A stretch of 64,000 nucleotides of DNA. It comes from Chrysomallon squamiferum (taxonomy: Eukaryota; Animalia; Mollusca). Below the pieces are notes generated by a model. That model had not been told where the DNA came from and did no database searches. It was given only the letters and a program-made list of their open reading frames with translations. Every line of letters begins with the position of its first letter. The stretch's first letter is position 1. Shown here one piece after another: positions 1 through 13,073 of the stretch. The translations under genes were made by a program, and so were the position numbers. The stretch lies in NCBI GenBank assembly GCA_012295275.1, contig CM022676.1:6324001-6388000 (forward strand), written 5' to 3'.

Positions 1-400
1 TCTGTACTTAGGTTTTTCTAAAAAAATTCAAATAAATAATAATAATAAAAAAATTAAAAATTAAAAAATTTATTTTTGAAAAAATAAAATAATAAAATAA
101 AAAATATAATACATCTAAAACAAAGAAAAAAATAATGATAATAAATAAATAAATAAATAATAATAAAACTCTAGAGCAAAAAAACACTTTTTAAAAAATA
201 TTAAAAAGCAATAAAATCTAAAAAATTTAAATAATTTAACACAATTAGAAAGTAAACAAATTACGTTAATAATAAACAAAACAATATATATATATATATA
301 AAACTATTTTGCTTATATTACTAAATGTACACTAAAATTAAATGATTACTTATACACAGTATATATTAATAAAACAAAAAGAGAAAACAAACATGCCCAC

Positions 401-3176
401 CATTTGCATCACCAGTAGCATTTGTATTCTTCTTCTTCTTCATAAACATAGCCATTGGGTCACCATCTCGAATCTTCTCCTTCAACATACTGTCCAAGTC
501 TTCATCGTCACGGTAACGTGCCAGTGGTTTTGTTATTTCATGAAGATTGTCAAGCAACTGTTTCTCTCTTTCTTCTTTTTGTTTTAATCTGATGTGAAAG
601 TTAGTAATTTTAGATGTATTTTGGATGTAACATAGAATACAATTTTCAGTTAAATTATCTATTTGTATATATGTATCTGCGCTCAAATATATAAACTACT
701 TCAAGTTAATTACGAATGAGTATCTGATGTTATATTATTTAACCATATAGAGATATACTTCTAGGTAACTCTCTCTCTCTCTCTCTACATATTTCTAAAA
801 CACTAACATATACTGATCTTGTGAATCAACATGGTTAGGAAAAAAAGATTTAGTTCATTGGTGAGTTTTTTCATGATAAAGTGAAAATTTAAAATTAATT
901 AATAACTAAGGTTTTAGCAAAGCTTTTTAACAATGTTTTCAGAAGATTTATCTCCTCTTAGCTTCATTGTACATTTTGTAGTAAACATTTTACTGTTTTA
1001 TTTAAAATTTATTTCTCGTTTTTTTTAAAAATTTATTTTAACAATTACTTCCCCTCCATTTTATTATATAGTTTTCATTTTGAATTACCATTTCATGACC
1101 TCTGTATATACATTTTTACTGAACTTGTATAATTATCTTTCCATAAAGGATTTTAAACCAGAGTTACCTACCCTTGACCCCACTCCATGTATTTCTTATC
1201 TTCCTCTGCTTTCTTTTCATCTGCTTCCTTTTCTTTCTTTTTCTCTTCTTCCAGGTTTCTTCTCTTGCCAGATTTGTCTCTGTGAACTGTGGTAGCATAT
1301 CTACCCAGTTTATCTTCACCAATCTAAAAAATGAATAAACGAATATTTAAATAACAGTTGAAGAAACTTTTAAATAGGACTGTATTCTAATGGTGACAGT
1401 CTACTTTGAAGTCCACTGATCTTGAACTGCTTCATTTACAACCATCAAACAAACATATTTAGGGTTATCTTCTTTCCAATCTGGGCCGAGGTTATCCATA
1501 AACCTAACTAGGTGTGTTAGTAAAACCTTTTTCTGGTAGTATCTTCAGACTTCAAATAATAACATTATTTTTTGGCATTTTATTACTGACCATAAAAGAA
1601 AACAACCTTATTATATCATTTGTGTATGCCACCCAGATTAAATGTATGTGCAGCTGTGAGATATTTTGCTATTTCTTAATAAAGAAGTCTATGAAATGGT
1701 AATAACAGCTTGTCCTTAATGACAACATCATTAAATCAAAGGATGTTAGAAAAACTGTTAATCAGTTGTAGGACAGATTTTTTGGATAAAGAATGAAAAT
1801 ACCTTTTTAAAAGCTTCATCTTCTCGTCTTCGGATGACTTCTGCTTCTAATTTCATATCTCTAGCACTCTGCAGGCCAGCTTTGGCCCCAGATAAAGTTT
1901 TTGTAGCTTTCTTTGATTCACCTTCTGTTTTTCTCCTTTCACCTCTCCTTGGTGGTGACTGGTCAGAATCTGAATGACGTCTTTGTTTTCTTGGTGGTGA
2001 TTGGTCAGAATCTGAATGACGTCTTTGTTTTCTTGGCGGTGATTGGTCAGAATCTGAATGATGTCTTTGTTTTCTTGGTGGTGACTGGTCAGAATCTGAA
2101 TGACGTCTTTGTTTTCTTGGTGGTGATTGGTCAGAATCTGAATTATGTTGTTTTCTTCTTCTTTGTTGTGACTCAACAGTATCTGAATGTTTTTTCCTTC
2201 TTGGTGGTGATTGGTCTGAATCTGAATCATGTCTCTTTCTTCTTGGTGGTGATTGGTCAGAATCTGAATCATGTCTCCTTCTCCTTTCATATGACTGGTG
2301 AGATTGTTTATGTGAATTTCTATGTCTTTCGAGTGAATTTAATTTTCTCCTTTCTGAATTATCAGAACCTGAATGATGTCGATTCTTCCTTGTCAGTGAT
2401 TGGTCGGAATCTGAATCATGTCTTTTTATTCTTGGTGGTGATTGGTCGGAATCTGAATCATGTCTTTTAATTCTTGGTGGTGATTGGTCGGAATCTGAAT
2501 CATATCTTTTTATTCTTGGTGGTGATTGGTCGGAATCTGGATCATGTATTTTTATTCTTGGTGGTGATTGGTCAGAATCTGAATCATGTCTTTTTATCCT
2601 TGTAGAATCTTCATCAGAATTATTTTTTATTACACCTAACTGGTTTGACAAATCTGCATAAAAATGTACGTAATAATTAATAATTAATAATTATTATTAG
2701 TGTAGTTTTCAATCATTTAACTACATGAGAAAATAATATTTCTATTTTAATTAGCATTATATATTTCAATAAAATTATAACTAGAGGAGATTTCAACTAT
2801 TGTAATTGTGACAATGATTTTCTAATTAATTACGAAAGGAATCACTGCAGTAACTTTTTTATGAAACCAGAAAAATATATTTTTCCAGTTTTACTTCAGC
2901 CAAGATAAAAAGAAATACAAATCAATTTTATACATCAAACTGGTGAAAAAAAAAAAAAAAAACAAAAAAAAAAAGAAAGCATTTAAAAATATTTTGTAAA
3001 TTTTTGGGATAGTAACAGATGCTGTATTTATTTTATGAGCTTTGAAAAGCTGGAACTAATGTTAAACTGATATGATCCAATACTTTCAAATATAATTTTT
3101 AATTTTAAATTTATTTTTTATTTTTACCAGGATTTTAATAAATATGAATCTATTAAACCTGTTTTTTTCATAAATG

Positions 3177-3237
<61 letters not shown>

Positions 3238-3909
3238 TCTTCTTTTCATTCAAAGTTCTCCATTTCCCTGAAGCTCTGTATTCTTCTAATCTCTTTATGT
3301 GTACTGGTCTTTCGTCAACTATTTCTGCTACTGTAGGATCATTATCACCAACATCCTCTTCTAAAGTATTTCCAAGGTTGTCAGGCAGCAGAGTTTTAAA
3401 GTCAATATCATCATCAATTACTTTTAATCTGATGAAATAGAAAAAACACACCATAAATGAAGTTGTGTTTTCGCATATAATTACAGTGACATAGTGACAT
3501 ACTATTTACATTTTAATCTTTATCTGTTTATGAGTATAAAACAAGTTGTTTTCTGCTTTTAAAAAAATATGAACACTTTAACTTTAAGAATGTTATTTGC
3601 TTTCTTACTGATTGCCTGTGTGTGTGTGTGTCTGTGTTTCTGATTGCGTGTGTGTATTTATATATATATAAAATAAATCAGATCACAATGATTTCAATTT
3701 GTAACTAACTTCAAAACCAAATGTAGCGAATCATAACATCTAAAATATTACTTCATTAATAGACAATCTGTATAAAAATATATTATAATAGGTAGCTTAA
3801 CAAACTTAGGTTGGATTGTAGACTTCGGTTTCTTTTTCTTTTTCTTGCTGTCAGGTTTATCGTCCGAAAGATAACGTTTTAAATACTCTTCTTTTGATAA
3901 GGCCGCCAT
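401..3909 (-). CDS. BUD13: BUD13 homolog (RES complex pre-mRNA splicing factor), 5 exons in window, 3' end truncated by window edge
   Basis: Exons with GT-AG ends and compatible phases: 3806-3909 (MAALSKEEYLKRYLS), 3235-3428 (LKVIDDDIDF...PTVAEIVDERP), 1803-2653 (RHDSDSDQSPP repeats, TLSGAKAGLQSA), 1172-1323 (TVHRDKSGKRRNL...YMEWGQG), 401-588 (KPLARYRDDEDLDSMLKEKIRDGDPM). All are recognisable BUD13 motifs; the C-terminal NRFNIxPGYRWDG exon is not in the window. Confidence 0.95.
1803..2653 (-). CDS. BUD13: BUD13 exon 3 with coding 42-bp (14-aa) tandem repeats
   Basis: ORF 1758..2651; acceptor tgcag before 2653, donor AAG|gt after 1803; units RIKRHDSDSDQSPP / RKQRRHSDSDQSPP. Confidence 0.93.
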
Positions 3910-4233
3910 CTTGTGAAGATTGTTAATTATTTCGAAAATGTTATAAAATCTAAACTACGATATTTAAAACATCGCCGCAAAATTCTTGCCAAATATAAAA
4001 TATAACAATAGTTTACTTAAAGAATTAAGATTTTATGACACATTATTCTAATAATATGTTGAACAGTTCAATTAAGTAAAAGTAATAATTGATTCTCCCT
4101 ATTAATCAATGTTAAGGTCGCCCGATTTGGTCAAGGACGATACTTTCGGTTTCGCCATTTGTGAAATTCGTGGTGTTTCTCACTATCGTTTTTTTTAAAT
4201 TTATTTATTTTATCTACTAACTATTGGTTCATT
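3910..4233. promoter_or_regulatory. Bidirectional promoter shared by BUD13 and ASCC2
   Basis: Divergent ATGs at 3909 (-) and 4234 (+). YY1-type motif CAAGATGGCGGC on the minus strand (3902-3913) overlaps the BUD13 ATG, and a second CGCCATTT core lies at ~4153. CpGs are locally more frequent than in the flanking introns. Confidence 0.75.
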
Positions 4234-4934
4234 ATGACTGTAATACCACTAGATAAGAAATTTGTCGAGTTAGACAATGGATCGGGGAAAAAGGAAAAAG
4301 TGCCTGCATTGGTAAATTAAATGTTTCGAAATCAGAAACATTAATTAGTCAATTACGTATGGTAGATTTGTTCTTAAGTAAGATGTGTTTATCTGTATGT
4401 GTGTTTATCTGTATGTGTATATATGTGTGTCTGTCTGTCTGTTTGTCTGTATATAAGTGTTTGAGTGTGTTTTTCTGTATGAATGGGTAATTTTACTGTA
4501 TCGGTCAACTCCTTAGAGGTTTACCTATCACTGTATCAGTATCATATTAATTTTAATTTTTTTTTATTGTTATACAGATGTATATAAAAAAATGATATAA
4601 ACCAGCTTTCACTTGTCAAACCAGAGAATATGCAAAATCCATCCATTCTGGATTTATAATAATTATACTAATAATGATACTAATGCTGATGCTGCTGCTG
4701 CTGCTACTACTACTACTACTACCACTGTTAGTAAATTAGAAATTACACACTTGTCTCTGTTTTTTACAGCATCCAAAATGTCTGGACAAAATGATATTTG
4801 TAGCTTACACAGTGCCACCTGTTGATGATTCTGACCGGGCTCTGTACGGAGAATGGTTGGAGAGAATTCAGTTCATTGCAGAGGATCTTCATACCCTTCT
4901 TCAGATGCCACATGAAAAGTTCTGGTGTCAGGTA

Positions 4935-4969
<35 letters not shown>

Positions 4970-5183
4970 AATCAGTAGATGCGTAATCTTGAATAAGACT
5001 AATTTCTTTATTTATTATTATTTTTTTTAATCTCATTTACTTATTTCCCAATCATATCAACTGGCTTAATAAAGATAGTGACGAGTGTTTCTGTCTGTGG
5101 GAAGGTATTAATAAAATATCCATTTCTGCTAATTGAATAAATGTAGTTTATTGCCTGATGGCTAGTTCTTTAAATATATATAT

Positions 5184-5214
<31 letters not shown>

Positions 5215-8200
5215 GTATATAGTGTATATATGTATGTGTCTCTGCACATGTATATTATAAACACACACACACACATTCCTTCTTTTATAAATTGCACAGA
5301 TTGTTTAGTTTATTTACTTCTTAATAACGATTTTATTTGTTTAATATAAATATTTGTCTGACCCTGGTTTTAAATATCAGCAGTCTTTGTTAATAATAAA
5401 GTTTAACACTGAAATTATAAACAAATAAAACAAACAAGTAGGCTATATGATATACATTTTTTGTTTAATTATATTAATTATGGACAAATGTAATATTATT
5501 CTCACACAAAAACTTCTATTTCAGGCTTTATAATAACTTAAGTCAATTTTTAATATCATTTTCGTATTTTTTTTTTTTTCAGGCTGTGTTTAATGACTCA
5601 TGGCATACATTTCTTGATTCTTACCTGAGATTTTGTCCCAGGTATTACATGATTTATTTCATTCTGAATATATAATATACAAAATATATCTATCTTCATT
5701 CTAAATTAAGTGTATAAGATATAAAATGTGCCCATCTTAAACGTATAAGATGAGGAATTTTGTGTAAAATGATTTGTAATTTTGTTTACTTATAGTCATA
5801 TTTTAGGTATTTTGTTACTGATAGAATGGTAAGTCAGTACTTTTGATATTAAACATTTATGTGTATGCATGCTTGTTTATGTATGTATATATATATTTTT
5901 TAATATTCTTCTATCAATATCTTTTGTTTTATTAAATATAAATCAATTAAAAACAGGACTTTTATAGAATATTATTTCTGAAAAACCCTCATATCTCATT
6001 TCTGAAATTTTGGATATTAATCTGATCTACCCACTTTTGTGTTATTGTGAAATCTATCTTTTTAACCTGTATTTTTTGCAGTGTCCTGTTCCATTAATAC
6101 TGTTAATTTTATTTATAATATTTAATAATTTTGTATGAAGCCAAACATAAATTTCTTAATTTTATTAATAATTAAGATTAATTTTTTTCTTCAGATTATT
6201 AAATATTAAAAATATTTTGAACATTAATATTCTATAATATATATTTTTATATAAAAATCAGTAGCCAATACATAGTCAATAAATACATTTTTAATTATTA
6301 TTTTTTTTAATATTATTTTCCTGTAGGTCTTTTGATGTTATTTACAATCTGCCAAGCAAAGCTAAAGATCTACACTTGGATATACACAGACTTGTCTTCA
6401 TGGCATGTTTGCGTTTGGCAACACACAAAGAGTCCAAGGTTTCTTTATTATTATTTTTACTACATCACTTAAGTAAATAGTGTGTGTACATTTTGATGTG
6501 TTTCTCAATAAATTCTAAAGAAATTATTCGCTACATTTTATTATGAAAATTTGTCCAAACTTTCACAGTCATTTCTTATTATCATTATATTTTGGACTAC
6601 ACATGTGACAAGAAGGCCTCTTCAGAAAAACAACAACAAAAAACAACAGTATATAGTCACACCAACAATTGTTAACATTGTATTTAAAAATAATTTTATT
6701 TACTTTGTCCATTAAAGGCATTATATTTTACGTTTTTGATACACCATACATACATACATATATATATATATAGTCAGCTAAAATATTATAATATACAGTG
6801 GGGTTCAGTTTAATTATTTACACTGATTTTTTGGTAAACATAAAACATCAGTTTCATTAAAGAAGTTATATTTTAGATTTTTGATTCATCATGTGTAGAT
6901 TCTGTTGAAATATGATAACCTACAGTATATATTAATTTAATTATTTACGCTGAATAGTTTTGATAAATTATATAATATAAATTCTCATTTCTGTTTTCTT
7001 CTTCAATTTTTTTTTTAAAAGGATCATTTCATCACACCAAGTGTATTTGGAGCCATTTTGTATGAAAATTTCATCTTTGATGTTCCCAAGCTTCTTGATC
7101 TTTGTGTTTTGTATGGGAAAGGAAATTCTGCTCTTTTGACGAAAATGATGACGAATATTTTCACTCATCAGCCTGCCTACCTTGATGACTTGAGAACAAC
7201 CATTCCCACAATTATACAGGTTTGTAGTTATCTCTCTTTGCCATTTTGTGATTTGAGAACAACCATTCCCACAATTATACAGGTTTGTAGTTATCTCTCT
7301 TTGCCATTTTGTGATTTGAGAACAACCATTCCCACAATTATACAGGTTTGTAGCCTTGTAGTTATCTCCCTTTGCCATTTTGTGAACTGAGAACAACCAT
7401 TCACACAATTATACAGGTTTGTAGTTATCTCCCTTTGATATTTTGTGATTTGAGAACAACCATTCCCACAGTTATACAGGTTTGTAGCCTTCTAGTTATC
7501 TCCCTTTGCCATTTTGTGATCTGAGAACAACCATTCCTACAGTTATACAGGTTTGTAGCCTTCTAGTTATCTCCCTTTGNTTATCTCCATTTTGTGATCT
7601 GAGAACAACCATTTGCCATTTTGTGATCTGTGAACAACCATACCCACAGTTGTACAGGTTTGTAGTTATCTCCCTTTGATATTATATGATTTGAAAGCCA
7701 TCATTCTAACATTTATAATAGTTGGTGGATTTTCAGTTATCTTCCTTTGATGTTTGGTTATTGTAGTTATCTCCCTGTCACATTTGACAGTTGAGAACAA
7801 ACCGTGCTCACAATTAATTATTCAGACCATTTTGAGACTATCTGAAAGCTTTTTTTCATCAGTTTTAGAAAAAAATTAAGTACATGTTTAATATAATTTT
7901 AACTTTATTTAAAATTTAAAAAAAAAAAAAATTATTTTCAGGTATTTGACAGCATTCGGCAGACATGTGGCATTAACTCCGAGGGTTCTGGATTCTCGCC
8001 ATTGAAACTCAGCAATGTGTTCACAAAAGAACCACGCCTGGTTACCATGCCGACGAGGAAGTTCAAGGACATCATACTGTACATTGGTGACATTGCAGTC
8101 ACGCTTGCAATGTTCCTAGAGATCTATTCTCCAGCCAGTGATATTTTTCAAGAATACGATTTTATTCAAAAGTAAGTAAAGAATCACACTCGAAATTGTC

Positions 8201-9030
8201 GGTGATAGATTTTCTGCTTATGTCGTATTCTTGTTTTGACTGTGGATCCAGCAACCATTGAAAAAGGTTGTCATGGTTACATAAATTGCTGTAGAGTCTT
8301 AAATTATTTTACTGTTGATGTTTTTTTTCAAGAGTTGTGAACATACAACACACACACAACACATTAATAAATTTTAGAACAAAATTGCACATCATTCTAT
8401 TAGTCTTGTAGTTGTAATATCATTAGTGTCTAAATAAAGTTACTGATAAAGTTCAAACTAAGGGGCTGTTTCCCATTCCAACCCAGTGCTCATTATATTT
8501 CAGACTAGCATCATTCTATGAGAGTGTTATACCTGAAATCAAAGCAGCCATAGAAGAAAGAACATTTGACTCTGTGAGGTAAGTATATATATATATATAT
8601 ATATTTTTTTTTTTATACAGCTTAAATTATCTAGTGTGTTTTAGACTTAATAAATCAGTCACTAAGGAATATTAAGAATAAATATGCTATTACATACAGG
8701 ATTCATTTCCTAAGACTGTTTAATAACACTGATTTAAAAATTTGTATGTTATTGAAGTTAAAAGAAAACTGAAAAATTAAATTTGCACTGAACTGAAATT
8801 TCAGTGTAAAAAAAAATTTGTCTGTTACTGTAGTCAAAAGAAGACTTTAAAATAAAATTTGCATGTAGATGACTTTTCATTGTGGTTAATTTATTTCTTA
8901 TGCTAGATATTATTTTTTTTAATATATTTTTCGTTCCATCCAGAAGAAAACTGTAAAACTGAATTTGCATTTGTTAATTAATTATTTTATTACAAAAAAT
9001 ATTTTTTATTGTAGTATATTTGTAAAAAAA

Positions 9031-9063
<33 letters not shown>

Positions 9064-9393
9064 CAGCCAGAAGAAAAATTTGAAACTAAATTTGCACCAA
9101 GCGAAAATCTCATTGCAGAAGACATTTCGTCTGGTGATAATCTCATATTTGTTTACAACCCATCATGGAAAGCAGGTGAAAACTTTTAAAATTAATTTGA
9201 TAAAATATTAATAAATTCTTTAATTAAGAGTAAAAAGTTAATAATTTTATATAAAGAACTTTTTAAAGTCCTTTTTAACAGATGTGAAATATTTATTAAT
9301 AATGAATAATGATTCAGAATTGACTTTCTCAGAGGCAAGTCGTGGCAATTTTTGAAGGTGGCCATATTTTCAAAAATGTGAGAAAGGGATTTT

Positions 9394-9436
<43 letters not shown>

Positions 9437-12287
9437 TGTGTCCTTGTATGATAGCAAAGTCTTGGAACATGAGAAAAGTTTCTAAAAGAGCAGCATCCCC
9501 CAAAAAAAAAAATAATTAAAAGCTTGTGAATGGTTGATGCTAAGGTACACTGGAGAAAGAGGTACTTCATGTAAGTGTGTATGTTTTTTTAAATAATTGT
9601 TTTAATCTGTTTTAGTGGAAATAAAAATGTGGAAAAATATGTAGAGAAATTTCTGCACCTTATGACAGCAGTTTTAGGAGAAAAAAGGTAAGTGTGAAAT
9701 TGTTTGTTTGTTAATTATTTTTTATTAATAATTTTATTTTATTTAGTTTTTTTTTTTTAGTTTATTTTATTTTAGTTTTTTTAATTTAATTTAGTTTTGT
9801 TTTAGTTTTGTTTTGTTTTTTTAGTTTTAGTTTTTAGTTTAAATTTAATTTAAATTTTATTTTAATTTTAATTTATTTTAATTTAGTTTAATTTTATTTA
9901 ATTTAATTTAATTTAAAATTTAATTTATTTAATTTTATTTTTTTATTTTATTTTAATTTTATTTTTTTAATTTAATTTAATTTATTTAATTTTTTAATTT
10001 TTTTTTTTGATTTTATTAATTTAATTTAATTTAAATTTTTTAGGAATTTTTTAAATTTAATTTATTTTCTGTCAGTCATCTTGTTCAATGTATCCATGGA
10101 AACAAATTTGACCACACCCTGACAATATAATATAATATAATATAATATAATATAATATAATATAATATAATATAATATAATATAATATAATATAATATAA
10201 TATAATCAGATGGATATTTATGAAATAGAATTTGTGAAATATTTATAAAACTGTAGATAAGCAGGCTGGATGGTTTAAATATGAGTCATAATAATAATAA
10301 TAATAATAAATGTTATAAAAATTATAATAACAATAATAGCCATAACAAAACTAAAAAAGATACAAAGCTACTACTACTAATTTACAAAAAAAATGGTTTT
10401 GAAAAGATAATGTTTCATTTGTATTAAAAAAGGAAATTTTTAAAAATTATTTTAAATATTATTACAGATTTATATATAAAAAATTACATGTTGAAAAATA
10501 TTTTGTTTTATTTATTTATTTTTTAAATTATAGAAACAAAATTTTATTTTATTAATTTATTCTGCCCAAAACAAGTATATTCTAATGATTTTTATGGAAG
10601 GAAAATTTTTTGTTAAAATCTTTAAATTTTATCAGAGATGAAACCCAGTTTCAGTACATTCATGATGCGATCAATACAGCTTTTGCAACTTATGGCAGAA
10701 GAAAAAAACCAATGGGAGGGCAGAATGCTGGGGGCAGGACAAGTCCCGATGGTTCTCCAAGCCCATTGGAGGAGCATGGAGCGATAGGCGGAGCTTGTGG
10801 TTCTGACAGCAGGCCAGAAGGAGGCGCAGAAGGTGGAGCTTGCAGTTTGGCAGACGTGGCTGGTTCATTTTCAGTTGATCAGTACCAAGTTGAGACATAT
10901 GTAAGACTTTTTATTTATTTATTTATTTATTTATTTATGTATTTATGTTTATTTATTTATTTATTTATTTATTTATGTATGTATTTATTTATTTATTTAT
11001 TTATTTATGTATTTATGTTTATTTATTTATTTATTTATTCATTTATTCATTATTAATTTATTTATGTTTATTTATTTATTAATTTATTTATTTATGTTTA
11101 TTTATTCAAATATTTATTAATTGATAATTTTCTAAAATTATTTTGATTTATTTATTTATTTAGTTATGTTTTTAATGTTAGTAAACAGAACTATAGTAAT
11201 TGAAAATAAAAAAATAAAAAAGAATTTTTTTAAGAAAAAAAAAAAAGACCTAAAGAATTATTTGATAGATTGTGGTTAAAATTCTGGAAAATAAAATTAT
11301 AATTTAAAAAAACCCCAACATTTTTGATGAAGAAAGAAAACAAATTTAACAATTTTCTAAAATTACTTTTAAAAATTAAGATGAAAAAATATTAAGAAAA
11401 TAATAAGAAAGCAAACATTTTAAAACATTTAAAAGATATAAATTTAAGATAAAACATAAAAATAACTGACGTAAACTTTAAAGAAACAATATGAGAAAAA
11501 ACAATATTAGAAAAATAAAAAAAATTACTTACTTATTGAATTATTTTATGCTAAATTATTTATTTTAATTTTGGATTACTTTTTCCATACCTTATATTTA
11601 ATCAAAAACTTTATATTACTAATTATGCATCATTATTCTAAATGACATTTTCATTTTAATCATGGAGTCTTACATTACTTTTTCTATACCCTCATGTTTT
11701 AATCAAATACTTCATATTAAGTTAATAACTATACATTAGGCACATTCTCATACTAAATGACATTTTCATTTTAATCATGGATTCTTATATTACATTTTCC
11801 ACACTCTTATGTCTTAATAAGATACTTTAACTTAATAACTATACATTATACCTTGAGATGGTTTGTATTTCCAGGAAACTCAGAGTTCAGTGCTTCCAGA
11901 AATCAGCTGCACGGAATTAGATTCGCTGATATCAGCTGTGAAGGATTTGCTGCCAGATCTGGGAGATGGTTTTATTGAGGTGAGAGAGAACAGAGAAACA
12001 TTTTAAATCAAAATAAGATATAGTTGGTAGATACGTTTTTGTTTATGGTTTAGTTATATTCTGGAATTAGTTTTTGTGTCTCTGTGTGTGTGTGTCTATT
12101 TATATATACATCTGTGTGTGTGTATATACATACATTCATATATAGACACAATAAGGTATAAATAAATGCACGAAAAAACCCAAACAAATAATGCACATGC
12201 AAAGACTTATATATTAAATGCATTTATAGATATACATGTACAAACCCAGATGCAAATGCAGGCAAATATGCATGCACACATTTAAAC

Positions 12288-12339
<52 letters not shown>

Positions 12340-12378
12340 AGACAAACACACACACACACAGACAAACACAGACAAACA

Positions 12379-12417
<39 letters not shown>

Positions 12418-13022
12418 GGATGTGTACATGTATATTTATATAATTTTCTTTCAGCTTGTTTTGGAGGAATTTAACTACAACTTGGAGAAAGTTGTGAATG
12501 TTTTACTTGAAGACAAACTTCCACCTTCTCTTGATGAAATTGACAGAGGTTTACAAAGGTAATACTAATTAATTTTATATTTCTTATTTGTCTTTTTTTA
12601 ACTTATTTCATTTAATTTAGTTTCATTTGTGTTTTTCATTAACTTGATTTTTATTTATTTATTTTTTTAGTTTCTTTTTATTATTTTTTATTTCATTATT
12701 TATTTTATTTAAATTTTTTGATAACTTTTTCTTTCATTCCTTCTTTTTTTTTTTTTTATTTTATTTAGTTTCTTTTTATATTTTTACATTTATTAAAATT
12801 TATTTTACAAATTTTATTTCATTCTTTCTTTTTATTTATTTATCATATTTAGTTAGATTTTATTTTGTTTTTACATATTTTCTTTCATTCTTCATTTAAT
12901 TATTTAATTTTATTTAAAAAAGAATTTGGTGCTATATATTTATTTTTCTTCTTTGTTTTCTTCTTGTTAAATTTTTTCTCGTTATTTTAAATTTAAAAAA
13001 AATAAATTTCTTTCTTTTTATG

Positions 13023-13073
<51 letters not shown>

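Noticed and set aside
1853-2470. Alternative-frame ORFs with repeats (QILTNHHQE / VIGQNLN)
   Set aside because: Frame shadows of the 42-bp BUD13 coding repeat.
6968-7408. Minus-strand ORF with repeated NLYNCGNGCSQ
   Set aside because: Antisense reading of ASCC2 exon 5 and its 63-bp donor repeat.
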